NCBI GenBank assembly: GCA_016218805.1
Contig: JACRCW010000164.1
Span: 1-62,662, forward strand
Source: Deltaproteobacteria bacterium
Lineage (GTDB): Bacteria > Myxococcota > JACRCW01
Length of the DNA: 62,662 nucleotides
Direction of reading: 5' to 3'
Below are positions 49,085-59,117 of this stretch, piece by piece. The position numbers were made by a program, and so were the translations under genes. Numbering within the stretch: the first letter of the stretch is position 1; every line of letters starts with the position of its first letter. Below the pieces are notes generated by a model. The model searched no databases. It had not been told where the DNA came from and was given only the letters and a program-made list of their open reading frames with translations.

Positions 49085-51178
49085 TCAGCCCGCCGGCGCC
49101 GGCGTGATGACAAAGAAGTAGTCGGCGTCCCACGCGGTGCACGGAATTTCTGCGTAGTTGTCGACGCGAAAGCCCGCATAGGTCCGCTTGACCGGTGGCG
49201 TGTCAACCGCGCCGCCGCTTTCCAGTTCCACTTCCAGCCCCGTGGCCGTGGTGAACGGCGGCGGCGTGGCGGGCGCTGGGGCGAACAGGTGGACGACGAG
49301 GTCGGGACGCGGAAGGACGGCGAGGGCTTCGTTGGGCGCGGCGTCACGCGTCTTGGACCACCATTCGTCCGAGACGCGCACGTGTGCAGGGTCAAGCAGG
49401 AACGGCGCCGCGCCCAGACGGGCGTTGTCCACCAGCAACCCGCCCTCCAGTTCAGGCGGGACGCGCACCACGCGGCGCCCGGTTGCCGGCGGACCCGCAC
49501 GGAAACGCGGCGCCAGCAGGCTTGCATGGAGCAGGTCAGGCCGCTGGTTGGGGAACACAAACGCGAGTTGCCGCTGCACCTCCGCGAACCGCGGGGCCGC
49601 CGCCGCCGCGCGCGCCGCGACGGCAGCGTCGGCGTCGAACGCGCGGTGGATGATCACGCGGTACACGTCATGACTGGCGCCGTACACGGGCCGGGCCATG
49701 TGGAGCCGGTTCCAGCCGTAGTGGATGTAGTGGGCGTCCAGGCGGGGCCGGAGCCGTCCGCATTCCCCCGCCACAACGCCCATCAGCACTGCCAGCATGG
49801 CCGCCACCACCGCATCCGGAAGACGTGGCGCGCGCGCATTCCGCCAGGCGTCCGCGGCGGCGGCCAGCCACAGCAACGCAAGGACCTGGATCAGCACCTC
49901 CGTCCAGATCATGTCACGGAACAGACCGCGCACGTCCACGGCGGCCACCAACACCGTCAGCGTGATGAGACCTGCGGTGGCTGCCCGCATGCCGCGATTC
50001 CCCCGCACCAGCACGCCGACCGCGCCTGCCGCCATGACCACAATCCCGCCTGCATCCTGCCGCCACACCTCAGCGAGGTTGGTGGCGACGACGCTCCACG
50101 TCAGCGGCGGCATGGCCAGGCGGCGCCAGAACAGCATCTTTGCGTCAGCCAGCAGGTAGGTGAACGCGGTGCCGTCAACCAGCGGCAGCGTCACAAGGTG
50201 CAACAGGAAGCTGCCGACGACGCCCGCCAAGAACACATGCAGCGGCCAGGCCGCACGCGCCACGCCGGGAGTGAACCAGGCAAGCGCGAGCAGGACGCTG
50301 GCCGCACCGCCCACCAGCACGCCCACGGTGTTGAGTCCGTAGTCGCCCGGCCCGGCGAACGTGGCGGAACCCGCGGGCACCGTCACCCAGGCGGCGCCCG
50401 CCAAGAGCGCCAGGAATGCAGCCGCTGAGGCCGTGGCAAGCACGCGCCGGGTCGTTGTTGACGGGGTGAGCTGCGCCAGCGGCGTGACGGGGAGGCGCGC
50501 GCGCACAAAAGCGAAGAAGAGCGGCATGGCGGCGATGTGAAACAGCGCCTGCACCTTGGTGAGCAGCGCCAGGCCGGCCAGCACGCCAGCCACCGCCGTC
50601 CCCGCGACGACCGACCGCAAGTCCGACCGCACGGCTGCCGCCGCGCACGCCAGCACGCCAAGGCTCCAGTAGAAATGGGCGTACAACTCGGTGCGGACCA
50701 GGCTGGCCTGGAATCCGAGCGCCGGCGCCAGCCCCAGGATGAGCAGCCAGGCGGTCAACATCCACGCCGGCGGGCGCACGGCGATCTTCAGCGCGGCAGC
50801 CAGCGCCACGACGGTACCCAGCGCGAAGAACGGGGAGTGCCAGCGCAGGAATGCCGTGGTTTCCGCCACGCCCCACAGCGGGTTGAGCGCCTCAGCCACA
50901 TCCTCATAGGAGGCAAACGACACCACCCCGAGCAGCGCGGCCGCGCCGTGGGTGACGGCGAATACCAGGTACATCCCGAACCCGGTGTGGTTGATGTGCG
51001 CGGGCAACAACCCCGTGGCCATGGCCAGCACGTCCAGCGTGGCCGTGTGGTCCATGTCAAAGCTGAAATGGACGGGAAATGATCCGCACAGCCACGCGTA
51101 CCACGCGGCCAGGCCGCACACGGTGACCATGAGCAGCAGGACGCCGCCGGGGCGGAGGGGGTTGGGAGTTGTGTCCAT
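49085..51178 (-). CDS. Polytopic membrane protein, GT-C glycosyltransferase-like
   Basis: About 12 TM segments, FDMDH loop after TM1, LVRTELY, GLALLTKVQ, soluble C-terminal domain. Start uncertain (51178 or 51313). Confidence 0.55.
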   Translation of the reverse strand: MDTTPNPLRPGGVLLLMVTVCGLAAWYAWLCGSFPVHFSFDMDHTATLDVLAMATGLLPAHINHTGFGMYLVFAVTHGAAALLGVVSFASYEDVAEALNPLWGVAETTAFLRWHSPFFALGTVVALAAALKIAVRPPAWMLTAWLLILGLAPALGFQASLVRTELYAHFYWSLGVLACAAAAVRSDLRSVVAGTAVAGVLAGLALLTKVQALFHIAAMPLFFAFVRARLPVTPLAQLTPSTTTRRVLATASAAAFLALLAGAAWVTVPAGSATFAGPGDYGLNTVGVLVGGAASVLLALAWFTPGVARAAWPLHVFLAGVVGSFLLHLVTLPLVDGTAFTYLLADAKMLFWRRLAMPPLTWSVVATNLAEVWRQDAGGIVVMAAGAVGVLVRGNRGMRAATAGLITLTVLVAAVDVRGLFRDMIWTEVLIQVLALLWLAAAADAWRNARAPRLPDAVVAAMLAVLMGVVAGECGRLRPRLDAHYIHYGWNRLHMARPVYGASHDVYRVIIHRAFDADAAVAARAAAAAPRFAEVQRQLAFVFPNQRPDLLHASLLAPRFRAGPPATGRRVVRVPPELEGGLLVDNARLGAAPFLLDPAHVRVSDEWWSKTRDAAPNEALAVLPRPDLVVHLFAPAPATPPPFTTATGLEVELESGGAVDTPPVKRTYAGFRVDNYAEIPCTAWDADYFFVITPAPAG

Positions 51179-51309
51179 GGCACCCGCACTCGCCTCCCCC
51201 GCAGCCTTCACCGACGACGTGGCGACGAGCACGCGGGAGCCTCGCGCATCACCCGGGGCTTGTCCAGCCGGTCGTCGGGCGCGCCGTGGAACCGCGGGGA
51301 CCCTGAGCA

Positions 51310-52377
51310 TCACGGGGCTGGTCCGTCACCGGACTCCGCGCCGCGCCCCTGCCGCCAGCGGGCAAACACCTCCTGCACGTGCGCCTCCACGGACGCCCGC
51401 GCCTCGCGGCGCGGCACGCCTTTCATCAGCAACTCGTCATAGTTGGAGTGCACGTGACGGATGTGCGCATACACCGCCAGTTTGAGCGCGCGCTCATCCA
51501 GCGCGCGGCCCGCAGCGGTGCGCCCCACGCGTCCGCTGCCGCGCACCGCCGTATGGGCCGCAATGGCGCGCGCGTCCGTGGCGCTGCAGCCCGGCCACCC
51601 CTGGCGGATGGCCTGTTGCATGGCCGCCTCCAACTGCTCGTCCTGGCGCTCACGGCGGCCGGCGTCCTGTTCCCGCCGCGCCGCACGGTCCTCCGCGTCC
51701 ATGGCGCATTCAATACGCGCGCGCTTCAGCGCGGCCTCTTCAACCAGGATTCCCTGCCGCTCAAAGCGCTTGCGCGCGCGGCTCCACTTCACCACCACCG
51801 CCGACAGCCGGCTGTACTTGGTGGACCGCCGCGTCAACGCCGCATCCCCGGCGGGCACAAACACCAGGTGATCCAGGTCCGCACACTCCAGGCACACCGG
51901 CGTGCCCTCCTCCACGCAGATGAACTCGTCTTTGGCCAGCGTGCGCTGGCACTCGCGGCACGGCTGCTGGCCGCGGCAGTGGTGCACCACGAATTCAAAC
52001 GACCCACCACGCGGCGGCTCCTGGCGTGGCGCAGCGACGGGGCGCAGGTAGTGGGTGCTGTAGCGCCGCTCAATGCTCCCGTCCCCGGACTTGCTGAAGC
52101 GGAGCGGATGACTGCGGTGGTGGTAGACGGTCAGGCTGGGTTTCAGCTTGGAGTGTTGTGCCCACGCGTGGAAGGCGCGCATGGCCGTGCTGACCTTGCC
52201 CAGGTTCTGATGCACCACGCGCTCCAGGTAGGGAATGCGTCCTTCGCGCCAGGCGCGGAGATCCTCCGCCGACAGCCACCCGAGGGCGAGCAGCACGTCC
52301 ACGCTGGATACAAAGCCCTTGGCGAGCGCCTCCCCCGCCAGCTGTGGCACGCGTTTGCGGATCTCCTCGTCGTTCAT
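51310..52377 (-). CDS. DUF2293-domain protein
   Basis: CRECQ...CLECADLDHLVFVPAGDAALTRR, GSGRVGRTAAG, AHIRHVHSNYDELL. Confidence 0.8.
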   Translation of the reverse strand: MNDEEIRKRVPQLAGEALAKGFVSSVDVLLALGWLSAEDLRAWREGRIPYLERVVHQNLGKVSTAMRAFHAWAQHSKLKPSLTVYHHRSHPLRFSKSGDGSIERRYSTHYLRPVAAPRQEPPRGGSFEFVVHHCRGQQPCRECQRTLAKDEFICVEEGTPVCLECADLDHLVFVPAGDAALTRRSTKYSRLSAVVVKWSRARKRFERQGILVEEAALKRARIECAMDAEDRAARREQDAGRRERQDEQLEAAMQQAIRQGWPGCSATDARAIAAHTAVRGSGRVGRTAAGRALDERALKLAVYAHIRHVHSNYDELLMKGVPRREARASVEAHVQEVFARWRQGRGAESGDGPAP

Positions 52378-52389
52378 GGTGCAACCCCG

Positions 52390-53811
52390 TCAGCGGAAGG
52401 ACACGGGAAAGAGCCGGTTGAGTGTCCCGGCCCCGGAGCTGTCCGTCGTCACGGTCACTGTGCCGCCCTGCGGCGCGTAGTGGTACCCGCCCGCCATCAG
52501 CGTGAAGGTGCCCTCCGGCATCACCCACGCATACTGCTCGGCGGCGTTGCCCCACGTCACCACGGCACCGGCCGCGTTGTTCTGGGAGAGACCCACCAGC
52601 ACCGCGCCGCCTGCCGCCACGTCCACCACCACGGAACCGGGGTTGGCGCCGTCGTACGTGGCCACGTCATGGGGCGCCGCGCCCTGCAGGCCCACCAGTG
52701 ACCACAGCGCGACACCCACGCGCACGGGGGGCCCGCCGGACAGTGACACCTCCACGGCACCCGTCACCGCATTGCCCGGGTCACACAGGAACATGGCGCC
52801 GGGTGTGCCGTTGGCCAGGTTTTCGTGCACCGCCACCAGCTTGGTGCAGGGCGTGGCGTTGAGCTTGGCGGTGGCAAACGCCACATCAACATTGGTGGAC
52901 GCATGGACCGCAACGGCGATCATCCTTCCCGTGGTGGCAGCGCCCAGCGTCAACCCGCTGAAAGCGTACGTGCCCAGGTCAGCCAGCGAGTGCACCTGCG
53001 CCAGGAACGCCACCTTGATGCCGGTGGTGATGTCCCACGTGAATGTCGCCGCATCCACGTTCACCGCCACGCTGCGCAGCGTGTTGGCGGTGAAGGCAGC
53101 CTGGCCGTTCAACTGGATGAACTGGTCATCCGGGACGGACGACAAGGAACCGGTCCAATCCGTCGTGACCGTGAGGCAATCCACCCGCGGGCACACGCGG
53201 AACCGCGGGCCGCCTTCGCCGGCCACAACGACCGCGCGGAGCACCCCGGTCCCACCCAGGGGGACCACGGCGGACTCCACCCACGCGGCCGGCTCCACCA
53301 ACTCCGTGGGCGGAATCACCAGCGCCGCGGGGGCCGGGCGGCTGCTGCTGGGGGCTGAGGAGGACGGTGCGGGCCACGACGCCGACGACGGGGGACCGGA
53401 GGACGCGGCGGCGGCGGACGATGCCAACGCGCTGGATGCCACCACCGACGAGGAAAGTGAGAACGAAGAAGCGGCTCCGGCGGCGGACGACGAGCGGGAC
53501 GACGACGATGGCGATGTACCGGCGGACGACGCCAGCGACGACGCGGCCGCCGCCGACGCGCTGGCGGTGGAGGACGCCGCCGCACCACCGGATGACGTCA
53601 TACCGCCATCACGCGGCGGACCGGCGGCCACGCACGCTCCGGCCACGCAGGCCTCCAACCCGGTGCAGTCCACGGCGGAGTTGCACGGACGCACGCAGGT
53701 GCCGTCCTGATACACCTCGCCGCCGGCGCAGCGGTTGCCACAGGACGCGCCGGCGCCCGCCACCCCCACAGCCACCACGCTCACCACGACGAGGATGACG
53801 CGCCTTGCCAT
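52390..53811 (-). CDS. Putative lipoprotein: Cys-rich head, long Ser/Ala linker, beta-rich C-terminal domain
   Basis: Hydrophobic signal ending GASC, CAGGEVYQDGTCVRPCNSAVDC, about 90 aa Ser-rich tract. Confidence 0.7.
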   Translation of the reverse strand: MARRVILVVVSVVAVGVAGAGASCGNRCAGGEVYQDGTCVRPCNSAVDCTGLEACVAGACVAAGPPRDGGMTSSGGAAASSTASASAAAASSLASSAGTSPSSSSRSSSAAGAASSFSLSSSVVASSALASSAAAASSGPPSSASWPAPSSSAPSSSRPAPAALVIPPTELVEPAAWVESAVVPLGGTGVLRAVVVAGEGGPRFRVCPRVDCLTVTTDWTGSLSSVPDDQFIQLNGQAAFTANTLRSVAVNVDAATFTWDITTGIKVAFLAQVHSLADLGTYAFSGLTLGAATTGRMIAVAVHASTNVDVAFATAKLNATPCTKLVAVHENLANGTPGAMFLCDPGNAVTGAVEVSLSGGPPVRVGVALWSLVGLQGAAPHDVATYDGANPGSVVVDVAAGGAVLVGLSQNNAAGAVVTWGNAAEQYAWVMPEGTFTLMAGGYHYAPQGGTVTVTTDSSGAGTLNRLFPVSFR

Positions 53812-53918
53812 GGCGCGGCACCGTAGCACGGGTGCGGCGCTGCACGCCCGGCCGCCGGCGCTCGCCACCCCTGCGCGGTTGCCGTATCACGCCCATCCCA
53901 AGCCGCAGGAGGACGCAG

Positions 53919-54827
53919 ATGGTGCCGTTGGTGGTGGCGCATGGTGGCGCAGGGGCGGACGGCGCGCATTCCGCGGGGTGCGTGGTGGCGTGCCGCGCGG
54001 CGGCGCGCGCGCTCGGGGCAGGCGCATCAGCGCTGGAAGCCGCGGCCGCCGCGGTGCGCGTGCTGGAGGATGACGAGAACTTCAACGCGGGACGCCACTC
54101 CGCGGTGCGGCTGGACGGACGCACGGTGCAGATGGACGCAGGCGTGGCTGACGCGGACGGCTTTGGCAGCGTGGCGGGCCTGGAGGACGTGGCCCACGCG
54201 GTGGACGTGGCGCTGGCGGTGCGCCGGTCGCCACATGTGATGCTCGCCGGTGCCGGGGCGCAGGCGTTTGCGCGCAAGCTGGGCCTGGTGTCACCCACGC
54301 CGCTCATCACGCCGCGCCGCGTGGAACACGCACGGGACGCGCTGGCCAGCCTCCGCGACGATCCGCGGTGGGTGCACGCCGACGTGGAGGCGGTGTGGAA
54401 CTTTGACACGCCGCCGCCCGCTGCGGTCCCCCCGCCCACGGGTGACACGGTGGGCGCGGTGGTGCGTGACGCGCAGGGGAAGCTGGCGGCGGCGGGCTCA
54501 ACGGGCGGAACCGCATGGAGCCTGCGAGGGCGCGTGGGTGACACGCCCATCTTTGGCGCCGGTTTCTACGCCAGCGCGCACGCGGCGCTGGTGGCCACAG
54601 GCATTGGCGAGGAGATCTGGCGCCGCATGTCCTGCCGCGCCGTGCATGACGGGGTGGCCGCGGGAACGCCGCCCATGGAGGCGGTGGTGCAGTACGTCCG
54701 CGCGCATCCGGCCGCGTGGGACGTGGGGCTGTTGTGCGTGACGCCCGCGGGGTGGGGCGCGGCATCCAACCGCAACATGGCGTGGGCAGCCATGGAAGGG
54801 GATCGCGTCGTCGGGCGCGGGGGCTGA
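53919..54827 (+). CDS. Isoaspartyl peptidase / L-asparaginase (Ntn hydrolase)
   Basis: HGGAG, LEDDENFNAG, autocleavage site GDTVGAV, STGG, GRVGDTPIFGAG, TGIGE. Confidence 0.9.
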   Translation: MVPLVVAHGGAGADGAHSAGCVVACRAAARALGAGASALEAAAAAVRVLEDDENFNAGRHSAVRLDGRTVQMDAGVADADGFGSVAGLEDVAHAVDVALAVRRSPHVMLAGAGAQAFARKLGLVSPTPLITPRRVEHARDALASLRDDPRWVHADVEAVWNFDTPPPAAVPPPTGDTVGAVVRDAQGKLAAAGSTGGTAWSLRGRVGDTPIFGAGFYASAHAALVATGIGEEIWRRMSCRAVHDGVAAGTPPMEAVVQYVRAHPAAWDVGLLCVTPAGWGAASNRNMAWAAMEGDRVVGRGG

Positions 54828-54911
54828 TGTCTGACCGATGCCCCGGGCGGGAGCGTGCAGCACAGACCGTCACGGCGTGGCCCTGGCACAACACCTGCCT
54901 GCACGTAGAGC

Positions 54912-56273
54912 ATGAAGCCGGGCCTCATTGTCTTCCAGGGCGGCCGCTTTGCGTGGGCGGCTGTTGTCCTATGTATGGCTTCAGGGTGCCGGGAACGCGC
55001 TGCGGGAGGGGGCGGGTCCACGTCGGATGGCGGCAATCCGCCCGCCTCTGGTGCATCGGGCGACGGTGGCAGCAGCCGTGCCGTCGCGTCCTCCGCGACG
55101 GTTGCGTCAAGCGGGGACGCCAGCGCGTCCAGCCGCGCGGGGGTGCCTCCCTCAAGCGCACCCTCGCCGTCGTCGGGCCGGGAGCCCGTCTCATCAAGCC
55201 GCGTGCGGGTCTCGTCCAGCCCAACGGCGTCCTCGTCCAGCCCAACAGCGTCCTCGTCCAGTCCAACGGCGTCCTCGTCCAGCCGCGCAGCGTCGTCAGC
55301 CAGTCGGGAAGCAGCCGCGTCCTCGTCCGGCCGCGCGTCCAGCACCGGTGCCGGAACCTCCGGCGTGGCGGTGTCTTCCCCGAGCGGCCCGGTGGTGCCG
55401 CCCTGTACGGACCTGTCCGGGAGTATCAGCAGCGTTGCCGCGGGCACCTACTGCGTCACCGGTGACATCATCATTCCAGCGGGCAGCGTCCTGGTTGTTC
55501 CACCCGGGACGGAGTTCATCTTCATGGGGCGCTACCACTTCGGGCGTGATCCCGCGCTTCCCGACGACGCCTCCGCCATCAGCGGCGGCCTCACGGCGAT
55601 TGGGACCGCGGAGCAGCCGATCATCTTCCGCGGCCGGGATGCGCAGACCGGCTGGTATGGCATCACCATCTCCCATGCGCCGGACGTGGTGCGGCTGGAG
55701 CACGTGACCATCCGGGACACCTACAAGGACGACCCCAACCCCACCAGCCGCATCTGGCGCCGGGGCGGCGGTCTGTCGTCGTACGTGAACGTGGCGGGCA
55801 CCCTCATCCGGCACTGCGCGTTCATCAACAACCGCGCGTGGATGGTGGCCGGTGCGCTGGATGTGAACAGCAACTGGGACGGCCACCAGACCAACCCGGT
55901 AGAGGTGACAGACACGCTGTTTGAAGACAACACCTGCGAATGCGGCATCTACGTGGGCAGCGCCAACGACAAGTGCGGCGGCGGTGCCATCCGCTTCTCG
56001 CACGTGGCGGGCCCGGTGACCGTGGCGCGCAACACGTTCCGCAACAACCGCGCGTTGAACACCGTTGGAATACCCGCGTACGGGGGAGCGTTTGGCGCGT
56101 TTGATTCCGGGATCCCGCTGGGGCCGGGCAACCGCTTTGAGAACAACGCGGCGGCGGACGCGGACGGCGCCATCTCCTGCGCGGGGCAGGCCGTGCTGGG
56201 CGTGAACTTCACGCGGGTGGATTCCACCAACGTGTTCACCGGCAACACGCCGGACAACGGATGCGGCCTGTGA
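54912..56273 (+). CDS. Lipoprotein with Ser-rich linker and right-handed beta-helix domain
   Basis: ASGC lipobox, Ser tract, GTAEQPIIFRG, GGG...FINNRA, GGGAI...FRNNRA repeats. Confidence 0.75.
   Translation: MKPGLIVFQGGRFAWAAVVLCMASGCRERAAGGGGSTSDGGNPPASGASGDGGSSRAVASSATVASSGDASASSRAGVPPSSAPSPSSGREPVSSSRVRVSSSPTASSSSPTASSSSPTASSSSRAASSASREAAASSSGRASSTGAGTSGVAVSSPSGPVVPPCTDLSGSISSVAAGTYCVTGDIIIPAGSVLVVPPGTEFIFMGRYHFGRDPALPDDASAISGGLTAIGTAEQPIIFRGRDAQTGWYGITISHAPDVVRLEHVTIRDTYKDDPNPTSRIWRRGGGLSSYVNVAGTLIRHCAFINNRAWMVAGALDVNSNWDGHQTNPVEVTDTLFEDNTCECGIYVGSANDKCGGGAIRFSHVAGPVTVARNTFRNNRALNTVGIPAYGGAFGAFDSGIPLGPGNRFENNAAADADGAISCAGQAVLGVNFTRVDSTNVFTGNTPDNGCGL
55211..55283 (+). repeat. 21-bp coding tandem repeat (3.5 copies, SSSPTAS)
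   Basis: CTCGTCCAG(C/T)CCAAC(G/A)GCGTC x3 plus a partial copy. Confidence 0.9.
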
Positions 56274-56291
56274 GCCGGCAAGGAGGACGTG

Positions 56292-56582
56292 ATGCGGGCG
56301 TTCATCATCCCGTGCCTGGTGCTGGCCGCGTGGGCGTGCGCGGACAACCAGGACACGGCACACCGGTGCGTGTTTGAGGAGCAGGAATCACAGGGATGCG
56401 GCGAGGCGCCCAGCGGTCCATGGGAAACCAAGTGCTACGACGCCGAGGAGGGGTCCGCGGCGTATGACACCCAATGCGCGGTGTACGACGATGACACGGA
56501 GTGCGGGGGCGGCTGCTGCCTGCAGTTCCGCGTGCGCAACCGGCGCTTTGAAGAGGGCAGCTGCGCGGAAGGCGGATACTGA
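56292..56582 (+). CDS. Small Cys-rich lipoprotein
   Basis: AGGAGG RBS, LAAWAC lipobox, 8 further Cys in about 80 aa. Confidence 0.7.
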   Translation: MRAFIIPCLVLAAWACADNQDTAHRCVFEEQESQGCGEAPSGPWETKCYDAEEGSAAYDTQCAVYDDDTECGGGCCLQFRVRNRRFEEGSCAEGGY

Positions 56583-56597
56583 CGGGGACGCCCACCT

Positions 56598-56927
56598 TCA
56601 GGAACACTGGCAGGAGTCCTTGGTGGGGCCCGTGGACCCGAACGCCTGCGGGTTGCCCATCCCCATGGACGTGCACATGGCCGCGCAGTCCGCGTCCGTG
56701 ACCGGACCGGTCCCGCTGGAGCAGAAGCAATTGGTCTCATTGGACTGCACGTCCACCCGTGATGACGAATAGCCATCCTTGGTGCACAGCTCCGCGCAGG
56801 CGGCAGCGGGGTCCGTGGTGGACCCGCCATCACCGTCCCGGGGCCCGCACCCCAGCGGCACCACCGCGGCGAACAGCAACGCCACACATCCGGCAACACG
56901 ACGACGACCAGCGGTAGGGGTCTGCAC
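56598..56927 (-). CDS. Small Cys-rich lipoprotein
   Basis: PLGC lipobox, two CxxxC...CxC modules (CAELC...CFC, CAAMC...CQC). Confidence 0.7.
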   Translation of the reverse strand: MQTPTAGRRRVAGCVALLFAAVVPLGCGPRDGDGGSTTDPAAACAELCTKDGYSSSRVDVQSNETNCFCSSGTGPVTDADCAAMCTSMGMGNPQAFGSTGPTKDSCQCS

Positions 56928-57036
56928 CAGGGAGTTCCTGCGTCAGGGGCGACTCCGTCAGAGTCGCTGTGGATTTGCGGTAACTACCCGCCGCGCCTCC
57001 CCGCACACAACCCCAGAGCTGCTTTGCAGTACCTAC

Positions 57037-59064
57037 TCACCCACCCGGGCGCACGCCCAGGCGGCGGGCGTGCACGGTCAGGTCCTCCCACGATGACACG
57101 TTGGGGTGGTCACCCAACGCGCGTAGGACCTTGCGCCCGTAGCCGCGCCGCCACAGGCGCCCGTCCAGCACCGCCAGGATCCCGCGGTCCTGCCGGCTGC
57201 GCAGCAGGCGCCCCAGGCCCTGCCGAAGGGACTGGACCGCGTCAGCCAGTTGCACGTCATCAAACGGGCGCCGGCCCTGCCGTTCCGCGCGTTCCATCCG
57301 CGCGGCCACCAGCGGGTCCGCCGGCGGGGCAAACGGCAGCTTGTCCACCATGACCAGCCGCAGCGCGTGCCCGCGCACGTCCACGCCCTCCCAAAAGCTG
57401 TGTGTGGCCACCAGCACCGCGTTGCCGTCGCGTTTGAACCGCGCCACCAGTTCCGCCTTGGGTGCGTCACCCTGCTTGAGCACCAGCAGATCCGGCAGTG
57501 CGCGGAGCAGGCGCCTGGCCAGCTCGTTGAGCGCGCGGTGGGTGGTGCACAGCATGAATGCGCCCCCGCCCACCAGCTGCACCAGCTCCGCCGCGCGCGC
57601 ACCCACCTCCTCCACAAACGCGGGCGCGTCCGGATCGGACAGGTCGCGCGGGACGTACAGCACCGCCTGCTCCGCGCTGAACGTGGGCGGCAGCGCCACG
57701 GCGGCCGCCTTGGGGGACTCCGCCAGGCCCACGTCGGACAGGTAGCCGGAGAAATCACCGGCCACCGCCAGCGTGGCGGAGGTGAACACCACGGGCGCTT
57801 CGCCGGCCAGCAGCGTCCCCGCCAGCACCGCCGCCACGTCGGCGGGGTAGGCCATCAGCCGCGCGCGCGCCCCGCGCCGCTCCGCGCAATAGGCAAACCG
57901 GTCATCCGCCGCCCTGACCACGTGATCCAGCTCCATGGCCAGGTGTTCCAGGCGGCGGCTGAGCCCCTCGCATTCGGCCTGCGCCTGCCGTCCCGTGGCC
58001 GCGTGGGCCTCCAGCTGCGCGTACAGCCCGTCCACCGCGGCCAGGGCGTGGCCGGCCACCTGGCGGCAGCCCGGGTCATCCGGCACGCGGAAGGGCACCC
58101 GTGATCCTTCCGCCGCACCGGCCAGCGCCGCGCCCACGGCGGCAAACAGCGCGCCGCCCTCCCGCCCCAGCGCTTCCACCGCCGTGCGCAGCGCGGTCCC
58201 CGCCTGGGTGGCCAGCGCCATGCGCGTGACGTCCCGCGTGATGGCGTCCACCCGCGCGGGCGTCACCGTGAGGCCAAAGTACTCCGCCGCCACGGCCGGC
58301 AGGCGGTGGGCCTCGTCCAGGATCACGGCGTCAAAGGGCGGCAGCACGCGCGCCTCCGCGCTTTCATCCACGTACCGGAGCTTCAGGTCTGAACACAGCA
58401 GGTGGTGGTTGGTGATGAGGAGGTGCGCGTCCTGCGCCCTGCGCCGCAGCTGGGTCACAAAGCAGGTCTCATGGAACTCGCATTGGCCGCCCAGGCACGC
58501 GTCCGCGTCGGCGTCCAGCTCGCTCCACAGCGGCGTGTCGTCGGGGAGTTCGGCCACCTCTGTGCGGTCACCCACGCTGGTCTGGTCCGCCCACGTGCGC
58601 AGGCGGCTGACCAGGCGCGCCTGATCCACCTCCAGGCCCAGCGGGGGCTGCCACCGCGCCAACCGGTAGCGGCACAGGTAATTGCGCCGCCCCTTGATGA
58701 CCTCCACGCTGGGCAGCGGCAGGCCCGCGGCGCGCAGCGCCGTCAGCAGGCGCGGCGTGTCCTGTTCAATGAGCTGGTCCTGCAGCGCCTTGGTTCCCGT
58801 GGCAATGACCACCCGGCGCCCGGTCCCCTCCAGGGCGTGCAGGGCGGCCGCGCACAGATAGGCCAGGCTCTTGCCGGTCCCGGTGGGCGCCTCCACCAGC
58901 AGGCGCGCACCGGCGGACCGCAGCGCGGTCTCCACGGACTCCGCCATGGCCAGCTGGGCGGGGCGGACCTCCGCGCCCTCCAGCAGGCGGTGCACGGCCC
59001 CCCCGTCGGCCAGGAGCATGGCGGCGGTGGGCCGGGACGGCGGGGGGACGCGGGCGACGACCAT
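57037..59064 (-). CDS. DinG/YoaA-family ATP-dependent DNA helicase
   Basis: EAPTGTGKS, KGRRNYLC and Fe-S Cys cluster, DEAH, FWEGVDV, QGLGRLLR. Start uncertain. Confidence 0.92.
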   Translation of the reverse strand: MVVARVPPPSRPTAAMLLADGGAVHRLLEGAEVRPAQLAMAESVETALRSAGARLLVEAPTGTGKSLAYLCAAALHALEGTGRRVVIATGTKALQDQLIEQDTPRLLTALRAAGLPLPSVEVIKGRRNYLCRYRLARWQPPLGLEVDQARLVSRLRTWADQTSVGDRTEVAELPDDTPLWSELDADADACLGGQCEFHETCFVTQLRRRAQDAHLLITNHHLLCSDLKLRYVDESAEARVLPPFDAVILDEAHRLPAVAAEYFGLTVTPARVDAITRDVTRMALATQAGTALRTAVEALGREGGALFAAVGAALAGAAEGSRVPFRVPDDPGCRQVAGHALAAVDGLYAQLEAHAATGRQAQAECEGLSRRLEHLAMELDHVVRAADDRFAYCAERRGARARLMAYPADVAAVLAGTLLAGEAPVVFTSATLAVAGDFSGYLSDVGLAESPKAAAVALPPTFSAEQAVLYVPRDLSDPDAPAFVEEVGARAAELVQLVGGGAFMLCTTHRALNELARRLLRALPDLLVLKQGDAPKAELVARFKRDGNAVLVATHSFWEGVDVRGHALRLVMVDKLPFAPPADPLVAARMERAERQGRRPFDDVQLADAVQSLRQGLGRLLRSRQDRGILAVLDGRLWRRGYGRKVLRALGDHPNVSSWEDLTVHARRLGVRPGG

Positions 59065-59117
59065 CAGGCGGGTGGGACCTTGCTCCGGCTCACGGCGCGC
59101 TGCTACAGCAGCGCCCC

